From sequence record SRR20825006_2218: 36,452 bases of DNA, one strand, 5' to 3'. The position numbers were made by a program, and so were the translations under genes. Shown here piece by piece: positions 8,952 to 18,566 of this stretch. Within the stretch, counting starts at the first letter, position 1; every line of letters starts with the position of its first letter. The notes under the pieces were generated by a model. The model was not told the DNA's origin. It saw only the letters and a program-made list of their open reading frames with translations, and did no database searches.

Positions 8952-9356
8952 TTAGTAATCTTGATCGTCTTCGTCGTCATGGTCGAGATCGCGCGCGACC
9001 CGATCTGAACGCAATAATTCGTCAATCCGTCCGGCTTCATCAAATGTATCATCCACAAAGAAGCGGAAGTCTGGCGCATATTTCAGATCAATATTCGGCG
9101 ACACCTGCCCGCGAATAAATTTCTTATTCCGGTTGAGCGCGGCCACCACTGTTTCAGCATTTTTGCCGCCCAAGGGCATGATATAGACCTTGGCCAATTT
9201 CAAATCTGGCGACATGCGCACTTCTGGCACCGTGATAAAGGCACCGACCAAATCGTCATCCATCACTTCATCACGAGACAAAAAGCTCGACACAGCATGC
9301 CGCACCAATTCACCCACGCGCAATTGGCGTTGGGAGGGGAGTTTTTCACCACTCAT
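8952..9356 (-). CDS. rbfA: 30S ribosome-binding factor A
   Basis: [21 protein letters not shown] and LKYAPDFRF; lies between infB and truB. Confidence 0.96.
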   Translation of the reverse strand: MSGEKLPSQRQLRVGELVRHAVSSFLSRDEVMDDDLVGAFITVPEVRMSPDLKLAKVYIMPLGGKNAETVVAALNRNKKFIRGQVSPNIDLKYAPDFRFFVDDTFDEAGRIDELLRSDRVARDLDHDDEDDQDY

Positions 9357-9448
9357 AATCTTTGCCTTTTACAAATGTTCACGCGCTGCCCAAACAGAGA
9401 TGGCGCCATTTGGCGCCATACTCAAATTCAACTCTGCAGCCGAGTGAC

Positions 9449-12094
9449 TTACAAAGTCCGCGCGACTTCTTCAACGCGGTAACATTCAATCACGTCACCG
9501 GCGCGCATGTCTTCATATTTCTCGAATGCCATGCCGCACTCTTGGCCCGCATTCACCTCTTTCACTTCGTCTTTGAAGCGCTTCAAGGTAGAAAGCTTGC
9601 CTTCGTGGATCACCACGTCATCACGGATCAAGCGCACGCCAGCGCCACGTTCCACAATGCCGTCGGTTACGCGGCAACCGGCCACGCGGCCCACTTTGGT
9701 GATGTTGAACACCTCAAGAATTTCGGCGTTACCGATAAAGGTTTCCCGCACTTCAGGTGACAACAAGCCAGACATGGCTGCTTTCACATCGTCCACGAGA
9801 TCGTAGATGATGTTGTAATAGCGAATTTCGACGCCTTCGCGCGCTGCTGCTTCGCGTGCTTGCTTGTTGGCCCGCACGTTAAAGCCGATCACGATGGCTT
9901 TAGAGGCTGCCGCCAAGGTCACGTCAGATTCGGTGATGCCGCCTACGCCAGCGATCAACACTTGGGCCGACACTTCGTCAGTTGCCAATTTGTCGAGCGC
10001 GCCATTGATGGCTTCAACAGAACCTTGCACATCGCCTTTGATGACCAATGGAATTTTGGCCAAATCTTCGGTTTTGAGCTGGCTCATCATTTGCTCAAGC
10101 GAGGTTACACCGCCGGCTGCAGATTTTTCACGCTGCTTGCGCTGACGATATTCTGTAATCTCACGCGCTTTGGCTTCATGTTCCACAGCGCCCAACAAAT
10201 CACCTGCGTCTGGCACGCCGGTAAAGCCAAGAATCTCAACTGGTGTTGAAGGACCAGCGGTTTTGATTTGCTCGCCCTTATCGTTGATCAAGGCCCGCAC
10301 TTTCGCCCATTGTGAACCTGCCACAACGATGTCGCCAACGGCCAATTCGCCGTTTTGCACCAATACGGTGGCCACAGAACCGCGGCCTTTATCCAATTTG
10401 GCTTCAACAACAATGCCTTGCGCCCGGCCTTTTGGATTGGCTTTCAATTCCAAAATCTCGGCCTGCAGGATGATTGCGTCCAAGATGCCTTCTAGGTTCT
10501 GCTTTTTCATGGCAGACACTTCAACATCAAGGATTTCACCGCCCATGCTTTCCACAAACACTTCATGTTGCAACAATTCGTTGCGCACGCGGTTCGGGTC
10601 AGCTTCTGGTTTGTCCATTTTGTTGATCGCCACGATAATCGGCACATTTGCCGCCTTAGCATGTTTGATCGATTCAATGGTTTGCGGCATCACGCCATCG
10701 TCTGCCGCAACAACCAAAACGGCGATGTCGGTGGCTTGCGCCCCGCGTGCCCGCATGGCAGTAAAGGCTTCGTGGCCTGGTGTATCCAAGAAGGTGATTT
10801 GATGGCCATCACGGTCGACCTGATAGGCGCCGATATGTTGGGTAATACCGCCAGCTTCACCAGAAACCACATTGGCCTCACGGATCGCATCCAAAAGTGA
10901 TGTTTTACCATGGTCAACGTGGCCCATAATGGTCACAACTGGTGCCCGTGGCTTCAAATCATCTGGATTTTGCTCAGCAGCATCTTCAAACAAGCCCACT
11001 TCCACGTCAGATTCGGCAACCCGCTTCACGGTGTGGCCCAATTCTGCCGCGATCAGTTCGGCTGTGTCTGCGTCCAACACATCATTGATGGTGGCCATTT
11101 GGCCTTGCTGCATCAACAATTTGATCACATCTACCGCACGTTCAGCCATCCGGTTGGCCAATTCCTGCACGGTAATTGCCTCTGGAATGGTCACTTCACG
11201 CGAAATCTTTTCTTTCGCCTGTTGTGGGCCGCGGCCTTTTTGCTTTTCACGACGACGCTTCATCGCTGCCAAAGATGGGCCGCGATCGCGTTCACTGTCG
11301 CCTGAAAGCGCAGAGGTTACAGTCAAACGTGTGCGACGACGGTCGTCACCAGCTGGTTTTTTAGAAGGTTGTGGACGCGCTGCCCGTTTGGCGCGCTCCA
11401 GCTCTTCTTCATTCACCAAGCTCTTATTGCGCGGACCATCATGCTTGTGGTTCACACCCTTGCGGGCTGGATCTGCCGCCGGTGCTGCTGGCTCAGCAGG
11501 TTCCGGCGCAGCTTTTGCCTTGGCTTTTGGCTGTGCTTTTTCTTTTTTCGCTTCTGCTTCTTCGCGTGCAACGCGTTCAGCTTCTAGGCGCTCTTCTTCT
11601 TCAATCCGGCGCCGTTCCGCTTCTTCACGCTCTGCCTTACGCCGTGCATCTTCTTCTGCACGACGGCGGGCAGCTTCTTGTGCCTGACGCGCTTCTTCTT
11701 CAGCCCGTGCGGCAGCTTCGCGCAGTGCGCGTTCGCGTGCAGCTGATTCAGAGCTGGTTAGCCCTTGCTGTGGCTGAGGACGCGGTGCCCGCTCTTGCTG
11801 CGGTTTGCGATTTTGTTGACGCTGGCCGCCACCTTGCTGTGGCTTTTGACCACCAGCTGATTGTTGCGGACGCTTTTCGCCTTGCGACACTGGCGCAGCA
11901 CCTTGCTGAGGCCGCGCGCGATTCGCACCCGCTGCTGGCGGGTTGATCCGGCGATTGCGTGTTTCCACCACGACGGTCCGGGACGACCGTGTGCCACCTG
12001 GGCGCGCGCCACCACCAGGCGCACCTTTCAGCGTTAGGGTCTTTTTGCCCCCGCTACCAGGTGTTGCATCTGATCTTTTGTCCTTATCACTCAT
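9449..12094 (-). CDS. infB: Translation initiation factor IF-2
   Basis: [16 protein letters not shown] and NKMD GTPase motifs; charged low-complexity N-terminus. ATG 12094 preferred; GTG 12109 is possible. Confidence 0.98.
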   Translation of the reverse strand: MSDKDKRSDATPGSGGKKTLTLKGAPGGGARPGGTRSSRTVVVETRNRRINPPAAGANRARPQQGAAPVSQGEKRPQQSAGGQKPQQGGGQRQQNRKPQQERAPRPQPQQGLTSSESAARERALREAAARAEEEARQAQEAARRRAEEDARRKAEREEAERRRIEEEERLEAERVAREEAEAKKEKAQPKAKAKAAPEPAEPAAPAADPARKGVNHKHDGPRNKSLVNEEELERAKRAARPQPSKKPAGDDRRRTRLTVTSALSGDSERDRGPSLAAMKRRREKQKGRGPQQAKEKISREVTIPEAITVQELANRMAERAVDVIKLLMQQGQMATINDVLDADTAELIAAELGHTVKRVAESDVEVGLFEDAAEQNPDDLKPRAPVVTIMGHVDHGKTSLLDAIREANVVSGEAGGITQHIGAYQVDRDGHQITFLDTPGHEAFTAMRARGAQATDIAVLVVAADDGVMPQTIESIKHAKAANVPIIVAINKMDKPEADPNRVRNELLQHEVFVESMGGEILDVEVSAMKKQNLEGILDAIILQAEILELKANPKGRAQGIVVEAKLDKGRGSVATVLVQNGELAVGDIVVAGSQWAKVRALINDKGEQIKTAGPSTPVEILGFTGVPDAGDLLGAVEHEAKAREITEYRQRKQREKSAAGGVTSLEQMMSQLKTEDLAKIPLVIKGDVQGSVEAINGALDKLATDEVSAQVLIAGVGGITESDVTLAAASKAIVIGFNVRANKQAREAAAREGVEIRYYNIIYDLVDDVKAAMSGLLSPEVRETFIGNAEILEVFNITKVGRVAGCRVTDGIVERGAGVRLIRDDVVIHEGKLSTLKRFKDEVKEVNAGQECGMAFEKYEDMRAGDVIECYRVEEVARTL

Positions 12095-12105
12095 ATATCC
12101 GTCAC

Positions 12106-12711
12106 TCACCCTGTGTTCTCAGCCATAAATCGCACCAATTGATTGGCCCGATCCACTGCAGATTTTGTCGCCGCGCCGCCTACCAGCGCTGCATGTATCA
12201 CATTTTTGCCGCCCAATGCCAAACTCAATTGTTCTGCATTGAGAAAATCTATTTGCGGCACCTCATCTTCCAGCTCCATTGCGCGTAGAAGTTGGGTTAT
12301 TTTCTTCCGCCCATCCATGCTGCCATCGCAGGCAGCAATCAGAGCGTTGATCTTCTCTTTTTCGATTGCGGAGCGCACCTTTTCATAGCCAGTGACCAGA
12401 TGGCCGCCTTTCATGGCTAGGCCTAATGCACCCAACAATCGCTTTTCCAAATGTGCCTGGGTGATTTCCACCAAATTATCCGGCACATTGACCTGGGTTT
12501 TTAAGGCACGGGCGAAAGCTTTTTTAGCCACCGCCTGCGCCAATATTTGTCTGTTCGCCGTCACCCATACGCCACGTCCGCCAGCTTTTCCAGCAATATC
12601 AGGTAAAATCTCGCCATTTGGACCAAGTGCAAACCGAATTAACTCGGACTTGGGTAAGGATTCGCGTGTCACACAACAGGTGCGCAAATTCTTATCCACT
12701 TTGTCGCCCAT
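12106..12711 (-). CDS. YlxR/DUF448 plus L7Ae-like RNA-binding fusion protein
   Basis: N-terminal RTCCVTR...LIRF...GRGVWV (YlxR) and C-terminal [16 protein letters not shown]...LSLALG..NVIHAAL (L7Ae-like); lies between nusA and infB. Start could be 12732. Confidence 0.85.
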   Translation of the reverse strand: MGDKVDKNLRTCCVTRESLPKSELIRFALGPNGEILPDIAGKAGGRGVWVTANRQILAQAVAKKAFARALKTQVNVPDNLVEITQAHLEKRLLGALGLAMKGGHLVTGYEKVRSAIEKEKINALIAACDGSMDGRKKITQLLRAMELEDEVPQIDFLNAEQLSLALGGKNVIHAALVGGAATKSAVDRANQLVRFMAENTG

Positions 12712-12751
12712 GGCATATTTACCTTGTGGCATTTGGGTTGTTTCCAGCGTC

Positions 12752-14371
12752 TTACTCCTCTTGCGCTTCTGCGCTTTCAGCGTCTGCTTCTTCGTCGGTC
12801 AGCTCTTGATCACCATCAAGTTCTTCTTGGGTGATCCAGCCAACTTTTACGCGGGCAGACATAATCATCTCTTCGGCTTCTTCACGGCTGATCGGGAAGT
12901 CTTTGAAAATGCCGTCATAGAATTTGACTTCGCCATTTTCGCGTTCTTTCCAACCCACCAAATCATCTGGTGTGTAGCCTGCGAAATCTTCGATGGTTTT
13001 CACTTCATCTTCGCCCAAAGCCACCAACATGGCTGCGTTTAGGCCGTCAATTTCATAAAGCTCATCTTGAACGCCCAATTCGGTCCGCTTTTGATCGCGG
13101 TCGCGTTCAGCCTGCTCCAAAAATTCTGCCGCACGGGCCTGAATTTCTGCTGCAGTTTCTTCATCAAAGCCTTCGATGGAAGAAATTTCGATTGGCTCAA
13201 CATAGGCCACTTCTTCCAAAGACGCAAAGCCTTCTGACGCCAAGAGTTGGGCCACCATCTCATCCACATTCATGGCATTCATGAACAGGTCTGAGCGTTC
13301 GGTGAATTCTTTCTGGCGACGCTCGCTCTCTTCTTGCTCGGTCAAGATGTCGATGTCCCAACCAGTCAATTGTGAGGCCAAGCGCACATTTTGGCCGCGA
13401 CGACCAATGGCCAAGGACAATTGCTCATCCGGCACCACAACTTCAACACGCTCAACTTGCTCGTCCAGAACCACTTTCACCACTTCAGCAGGCTGCAATG
13501 CAGACACCACCAAATCGGCGATATTTTCGGTCCATGGGATAATGTCGATCTTTTCGCCTTGCAGCTCGTTTACCACGGCCTGCACGCGTGAACCACGCAT
13601 ACCCACACAAGCACCTACCGGATCGATAGATGAATCGTTAGACACCACTGCAATTTTCGCACGTGAACCTGGGTCGCGGGCGATAGAGCGGATATTGATC
13701 ACACCATCGTAAATTTCTGGTACTTCTTGCGTGAACAATTTGGCCATGAATTGCGGGTGCGTACGTGACAAGAAGATTTGCGGACCACGCTGTTCTTGGC
13801 GCACATCATGGATGTAAGCACGTACACGGTCGCCATAGCGGAATGTTTCACGTGGGATCAATTCATCACGACGGATAATCGCTTCACCACGACCCAAATC
13901 CACAATCACATTGCCATATTCAACACGTTTCACGGTGCCGTTAATGATTTCGCCAATGCGGTCCTTATATTCTTCATACATGCGCTCGCGTTCAGCATCG
14001 CGCACTTTTTGCACAATCACTTGCTTGGCAGACTGAGCTGCAATCCGACCAAATTCGATGGGCGGCAGCGATTCGGTCACATAGTCACCCAACTGCGCTG
14101 CAGAATTGCGGTTGCGTGCATCTTCAAGGCTGATCTGGCGGCTATATTCTTCAACGGTTTCCACCACTTCCAACAAGCGCCACATTTTCAGTTCGCCAGT
14201 TGATGGGTTGATTTCCGCCTTCACCTCAGTCTCAGCGCCATAGCGCGAGCGAGCAGCTTTTTGAATGGCATCCTGCATTGCCTCAATCACGATCATCCGA
14301 TCGATTGATTTTTCCCGCGCTACCGCGTCGGCAATTTGCAGCAGTTCAAGCCTGTTTGCACTGACAGCCAT
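12752..14371 (-). CDS. nusA: Transcription termination/antitermination factor NusA
   Basis: [49 protein letters not shown] and C-terminal acidic repeats; AAGGAG RBS. Confidence 0.98.
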   Translation of the reverse strand: MAVSANRLELLQIADAVAREKSIDRMIVIEAMQDAIQKAARSRYGAETEVKAEINPSTGELKMWRLLEVVETVEEYSRQISLEDARNRNSAAQLGDYVTESLPPIEFGRIAAQSAKQVIVQKVRDAERERMYEEYKDRIGEIINGTVKRVEYGNVIVDLGRGEAIIRRDELIPRETFRYGDRVRAYIHDVRQEQRGPQIFLSRTHPQFMAKLFTQEVPEIYDGVINIRSIARDPGSRAKIAVVSNDSSIDPVGACVGMRGSRVQAVVNELQGEKIDIIPWTENIADLVVSALQPAEVVKVVLDEQVERVEVVVPDEQLSLAIGRRGQNVRLASQLTGWDIDILTEQEESERRQKEFTERSDLFMNAMNVDEMVAQLLASEGFASLEEVAYVEPIEISSIEGFDEETAAEIQARAAEFLEQAERDRDQKRTELGVQDELYEIDGLNAAMLVALGEDEVKTIEDFAGYTPDDLVGWKERENGEVKFYDGIFKDFPISREEAEEMIMSARVKVGWITQEELDGDQELTDEEADAESAEAQEE

Positions 14372-14398
14372 TAGTTGGTCTCCTTAAGAGGCATCAAG

Positions 14399-15028
14399 TT
14401 AAGCTTCATCTGTCCCATCCTTATCGTGGTCAGCTTCATCAAGTTCTGTTTCCAATTCAGGATTATCCAGCGGGCTTGCCGCTTCCTGACGGGCACGTGC
14501 TTCATCAAGCAATTTGTCGGTCATCACCAATTTGGCTTCTGCCAAATCTTCGATCTTCAGCGCCCAAACCGGTTCTTCGCCTTTTGGCGTGTCGGGAATA
14601 TGGATCAATATTTGATCTTCATTCACCCCTTGCAAGGTGCCGCGAAATCTTTTGCGCCCGTCCTGCAATTGTGCCAATTCAATTTTGGCCTCGTGACCCG
14701 CCCACATTTCAAAGTCTGACAGGCGCACCAATGGCCGGTCCACACCGGGGGAAGACACTTCCAAATGATAGGCCCGCTCAATCGGCTCTTCAACGTCCAG
14801 AATTGGCGAAATCTCGCGTGAGAATTTTTCGCAATCTTCGATGGTGAAGTCGCCTTGGGCATTTTCTGCCATGATTTGCAGCGTGCAGCCATTATCACCC
14901 GTCACGCGCACGCGCACCAAGCGATAACCCATATCTTCAGCTACAGGCTCAAGGATCGCCCAAATCCGCTCTTCCAGCGGCCCTGCGCGTCCAAAGGCTT
15001 TTTCATTTAAGTCCAAAAGCTGTTTCAT
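14399..15028 (-). CDS. rimP: Ribosome maturation factor RimP
   Basis: TIEDCEKFSR, YHLEVSSPGVDRPL and GRKRFRG; first gene of the nusA-infB operon. Confidence 0.96.
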   Translation of the reverse strand: MKQLLDLNEKAFGRAGPLEERIWAILEPVAEDMGYRLVRVRVTGDNGCTLQIMAENAQGDFTIEDCEKFSREISPILDVEEPIERAYHLEVSSPGVDRPLVRLSDFEMWAGHEAKIELAQLQDGRKRFRGTLQGVNEDQILIHIPDTPKGEEPVWALKIEDLAEAKLVMTDKLLDEARARQEAASPLDNPELETELDEADHDKDGTDEA

Positions 15029-15042
15029 TGGCCCCTAATATC

Positions 15043-15074
15043 AAAAAAGAGCGGGACCGGCTGGACCCACTCTC
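15043..15074 (-). terminator. Leader attenuator of the rimP-nusA-infB operon
   Basis: On the mRNA GAGUGGGUCC-AGCC-GGUCCCGCUC-UUUUUU, between the promoter and the rimP RBS. Confidence 0.75.
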
Positions 15075-15100
15075 ACATGTTCAACTGTGATTTTGAGGTC

Positions 15101-15129
15101 TTTATAGTCCGAAATTCGCTTATTCGCAA
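15101..15129 (-). promoter_or_regulatory. Putative sigma70 promoter of the rimP operon
   Basis: Minus strand TTGCGA-N17-TATAAA. Confidence 0.7.
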
Positions 15130-15149
15130 CCCATTTGCGCAGCCGTCGC

Positions 15150-15190
15150 TTGACGCCGATCAAGGCCCGCTCGTGTCCATCAGCTATTGT
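15150..15190 (+). promoter_or_regulatory. FNR/FixK-type box plus -10 element for the DUF6544-like gene
   Basis: TTGAC-GCCG-ATCAA (15150-15163; consensus TTGAT-N4-ATCAA) and TATTGT (15185-15190). This places the box centre near -41 to -42. Confidence 0.65.
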
Positions 15191-15211
15191 GCTGCAAAAG
15201 GAGTGACATAG

Positions 15212-16069
15212 ATGGGCGTCAAAATAATTACATTGTGGTGGATTTTACCGCTGATCATATTGGGTTTGGTGCTCGGCTTTTATGGCCGCAATCTGCTCGA
15301 CAAAGCTGAACTGCATCAAATTACACAAGATTTGGGCACCCCGGTTAGGCAGGATGTTGAGACTTATGATCCAGCACTTGTGTCAGACTTGCCTGAAGCA
15401 GCGCAGCGTTATTTCAACTTCTCTTTACAGCCTGGCGCAAAGCTTTACCGCGATGTTCGATTGGAGATGCACGGTGAGTTGGGCCTTGGTGACAAGGCGC
15501 AACCGAATTATTTTCCGTTCACCGCCACCCAATTTATCGTGCCAAACCGTGGATTCACTTGGGCGCTGCGCTCCAATAGCTTCCCAATGCTGATCAGCGG
15601 CAGCGATATGATGTGGGGCGATCAATCTTGGACCCGGTTTTGGCTGTTTGGCATTGTACCCGTCGCCCGCGATGGGGGAAGTGACGATCATTTTAAATCG
15701 GCTGAAGGGCGATTGTTGGTGGAACTGGCCGCTTGGTCGCCTGGGGCATTACTGCCGCAAAATGGCGTGACCTGGACACAGGAAGGGCCAAATATTGCCC
15801 GCGCGTGGCTCACCACATCAACAGGTCGTCATTGGGTCGACGTGCATTTAAATGAGGATGGCCAGCCCAAGGCCTATGTGATTGAACGCTGGAGCAATGC
15901 CAATGCGGATGGCCAATATAGACCACAACCTTTTGGCGGCACGCCGAGCACGTTCATCGATGTTGAAGGCACCAAAATTGCGGCCCAAGTGGATGTGGGC
16001 AACCATTTCGGCACGGAGGATTATTTCCCCTTCTTCAAAGCCAGTTTAGACAAGATCGAGTTCTTTTAA
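15212..16069 (+). CDS. Membrane-anchored hypothetical protein, DUF6544-like
   Basis: AAGGAG RBS and one N-terminal TM helix. LPEAAQRYF, F.ATQ.....GFTW, RLLVELAAWSPGALLP and FFKA resemble DUF6544 (from recall). Confidence 0.75.
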   Translation: MGVKIITLWWILPLIILGLVLGFYGRNLLDKAELHQITQDLGTPVRQDVETYDPALVSDLPEAAQRYFNFSLQPGAKLYRDVRLEMHGELGLGDKAQPNYFPFTATQFIVPNRGFTWALRSNSFPMLISGSDMMWGDQSWTRFWLFGIVPVARDGGSDDHFKSAEGRLLVELAAWSPGALLPQNGVTWTQEGPNIARAWLTTSTGRHWVDVHLNEDGQPKAYVIERWSNANADGQYRPQPFGGTPSTFIDVEGTKIAAQVDVGNHFGTEDYFPFFKASLDKIEFF

Positions 16070-16072
16070 GGT

Positions 16073-16786
16073 CTATTTGCGGTAAAAGCTGAAATAGAAT
16101 GAGGAGCGCCCTTCGCGCTTAGCTTTTTGCTCATAGCGCGTGGGTTGCCAATCATCCCAAGGGGTGCGCCATTCGCTGGCATGTTTGGGCTGCCAGGCAA
16201 AATCATCTCGCCGCACCATATGGGCCAAAACCCATGTGGCATAATCATCAATATCTGTCGCCACCCGAAATTCAGCGCCCGGCTTCAAAATTCGCGCCAG
16301 TTCGCCTAAAGTCACTGGGTTTACGAAACGCCGCTTATGGTGACGCTTTTTCGGCCACGGGTCGGGATAAAGCAAATAGGCGCCGGCAACGGACTGATCC
16401 GGCAAGGCCCGCAGCAAATGCAGCGCATCTTCGCGATATAGCCGAACATTTTCCAGATCGTCCTGATCGATGGCGGCCAGCATTTTGCCAACCCCACCCA
16501 TAAAGGGTTCGCAGCCAATGAAATTTTGCGCGGGCTTGGCCTTGGCATGTCGCGCCAAATGTTCGCCACCGCCAAAGCCAATCTCTAAAAAGAGCGGCGC
16601 GTCAGATCTGTCGCCAAACAGCTGTTTAAGGTCAGGCGCGCCCTTTTCTAGATCGATCTCAATATGGGGCAGCAACTCATCCACCAGCTTTTGCTGGGTC
16701 GAATAGAGTTTATGGGTCGAGCGACGCCCAAAAAAGGCACGCCGCTCGGCTTCAAGGCCAAAGTCAGTTTTGTTTTTTTCCGTCAT
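16073..16786 (-). CDS. trmB: tRNA (guanine-N7)-methyltransferase
   Basis: LEIGFGGGEHL, FIGCEPF, YPDPWPKKRHHKRRF and TRYEQKA. Start placed at ATG 16786, after the metK stop. Confidence 0.95.
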   Translation of the reverse strand: MTEKNKTDFGLEAERRAFFGRRSTHKLYSTQQKLVDELLPHIEIDLEKGAPDLKQLFGDRSDAPLFLEIGFGGGEHLARHAKAKPAQNFIGCEPFMGGVGKMLAAIDQDDLENVRLYREDALHLLRALPDQSVAGAYLLYPDPWPKKRHHKRRFVNPVTLGELARILKPGAEFRVATDIDDYATWVLAHMVRRDDFAWQPKHASEWRTPWDDWQPTRYEQKAKREGRSSFYFSFYRK

Positions 16787-16806
16787 GACCCGGCGATGTA
16801 CTGGTT

Positions 16807-17982
16807 TTAGGTCAATTCGGCCAGAATTTTTTCGGCCAAATCGGTCCGTTCCCAAGAAAAACCGCCATCTTCATCGGGCTGACGGCCAAAATGACCATAA
16901 GCTGCGGTACGTTCATAGATGGGCTTATTCAGCTCCAACGTCTCGCGAATGCCGCGTGGCGACAGGTTCATCACCTTGTTGAGCACCTGGCCGAGCTTTT
17001 CTTCATTCACTTTGCCGGTGCCGAACAGGTCCACAAAGATGGACAGAGGCTTGGACACGCCAATGGCATAAGACAATTGGATCACGCATTTATCGGCCAA
17101 GCCTGCAGCCACCACATTTTTCGCCAAATAGCGGGCAGCATAGGCAGCAGAACGGTCGACTTTGGTGGGGTCTTTGCCAGAAAATGCACCGCCGCCATGA
17201 GGGGCAGCGCCGCCATAAGTGTCCACAATGATTTTACGGCCTGTAAGACCCGCATCTCCATCTGGACCACCGATCACAAATTCACCTGTTGGGTTCACAT
17301 AGAATTCGTCTTCAGGGCACATCCAGCCTTCGGGCAAGGCATCAATCACATAGGGACGCACAATTTTGCGCACATCGTCTTGTGTTAACCCACGCTCATG
17401 TTGGGTCGACAATACGATAGATGTGGTGCCCATGGGCACGCCATTCTCATAACGCAAGGTGACTTGGCTCTTCGCGTCAGGCCGCAATTGCGGCACATCG
17501 CCATTGTGGCGGGCATCTGCCAGCGAGCGCAAAATCTTATGGGCGAACAAGATTGGGGCCGGCATCAATTCTTTGGTTTCGTTGGTGGCAAAGCCAAACA
17601 TAATGCCTTGGTCGCCTGCGCCTTCATCCTTGTTGCCAGAAGCATCTACGCCCTGGGCGATTTCAGGCGATTGCTCGTGCACAAAGCAATCCACTTGCGC
17701 ATTTTGCCAGTGAAAGCCTTCCTGCTCATAACCGATATTTTTGATGCATTCGCGTGCGATGGCTTCCATGCGGTCCGCATCCATGGTTTTGGGGCCACGG
17801 GTTTCCCCGGCCAAAACCACGCGATTGGTGGTGGCTAAAGTTTCAACAGCCACGCGCGAATAGGGGTCTTCCTTTAAAAAACCATCCAAAATTGCATCCG
17901 ATATGCGATCGCAAATCTTGTCTGGGTGACCTTCTGACACTGATTCGGAGGTAAAAAGATATGAAGAGGACGCCACACGCAT
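16807..17982 (-). CDS. metK: S-adenosylmethionine synthetase
   Basis: [22 protein letters not shown] and [19 protein letters not shown]. Confidence 0.98.
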   Translation of the reverse strand: MRVASSSYLFTSESVSEGHPDKICDRISDAILDGFLKEDPYSRVAVETLATTNRVVLAGETRGPKTMDADRMEAIARECIKNIGYEQEGFHWQNAQVDCFVHEQSPEIAQGVDASGNKDEGAGDQGIMFGFATNETKELMPAPILFAHKILRSLADARHNGDVPQLRPDAKSQVTLRYENGVPMGTTSIVLSTQHERGLTQDDVRKIVRPYVIDALPEGWMCPEDEFYVNPTGEFVIGGPDGDAGLTGRKIIVDTYGGAAPHGGGAFSGKDPTKVDRSAAYAARYLAKNVVAAGLADKCVIQLSYAIGVSKPLSIFVDLFGTGKVNEEKLGQVLNKVMNLSPRGIRETLELNKPIYERTAAYGHFGRQPDEDGGFSWERTDLAEKILAELT

Positions 17983-18095
17983 AGCCTTTCATTATTTGAA
18001 CAAAACCCACCTTGCAGGCAAAGTGATTGCAAAACCCTAAAGCCATCAGGCTTGGGTTCACCTTCATAAAGGTTGGCACCATCTTATGCAATAAG

Positions 18096-18117
18096 GATAT
18101 AAAGAAAACGTTATATC
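18096..18117. promoter_or_regulatory. Putative SahR operator upstream of metK
   Basis: Dyad GATATAAAGAAAACGTTATATC with perfect 7-bp arms GATATAA/TTATATC. It resembles the 20-bp SahR motif, and metK is a core SahR target. Confidence 0.65.
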
Positions 18118-18131
18118 TTTAGGGCAAGTCT

Positions 18132-18566
18132 TTAAGTTCGTCGGCTTTTGGCCATGGGCGAGATATTATTCGCTTCCCCATTCTTCGCCATTTGCTCTGC
18201 CAATTGAACCAAAGTGTCCCGCGCATGGGGGCTATCAATCAGGTCATAAGCCTTTAAAAGCCGAATGCGTTCATCAGCTGGGCCCATGGAGAAGGCATCT
18301 TGCCCTTCTTCCCCAAACCCGCCTTCTGTTGCGGCTTGATAAAACTGACCTGGTTCTACGCCGAGTATACGCGCCAGAACGGCCAAACGAGAAGCGGGCA
18401 CACGATTGGTGCCCGTTTCGTACTTTTGAATTTGCTGATAAGTAATACCCGCAGCGTCTGCGAGCTTTTTCATCGACATACCTAATTCTTTTCGACGTTG
18501 GCGTAGAAAAACGCCAACTTGAGTATCAATGGCATGCGGTTGACGGGGTGGTGCTGAATGTCCCAA
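18132..18566 (-). CDS. XRE-family HTH transcriptional regulator
   Basis: IDTQVG..LRQRR..LGMS..LA...GITYQQIQKYETGTNRV; conserved lnt-HTH-metK position. TTG start directly follows the lnt stop. Confidence 0.88.
   Translation of the reverse strand: MGHSAPPRQPHAIDTQVGVFLRQRRKELGMSMKKLADAAGITYQQIQKYETGTNRVPASRLAVLARILGVEPGQFYQAATEGGFGEEGQDAFSMGPADERIRLLKAYDLIDSPHARDTLVQLAEQMAKNGEANNISPMAKSRRT

Noticed and set aside
9400..9419. ATGGCGCCA-TT-TGGCGCCAT palindrome between infB and rbfA
   Set aside because: A single short hairpin without a U-tract and not seen repeated; probably an ordinary intercistronic structure.
11520..11900. Repetitive (CTT/GCT-rich) DNA
   Set aside because: Explained by the E/A/R/Q-rich N-terminal region of IF-2, not a DNA repeat element.
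10170..11946. Long + strand ORFs antisense to infB (210, 271 and 191 aa)
   Set aside because: Shadow frames of a codon-biased, low-complexity gene, with no recognisable motifs.
17983..18095. SAM-II or SAM/SAH riboswitch upstream of metK
   Set aside because: The conserved core sequences were not recognisable by eye; cmscan would be decisive.
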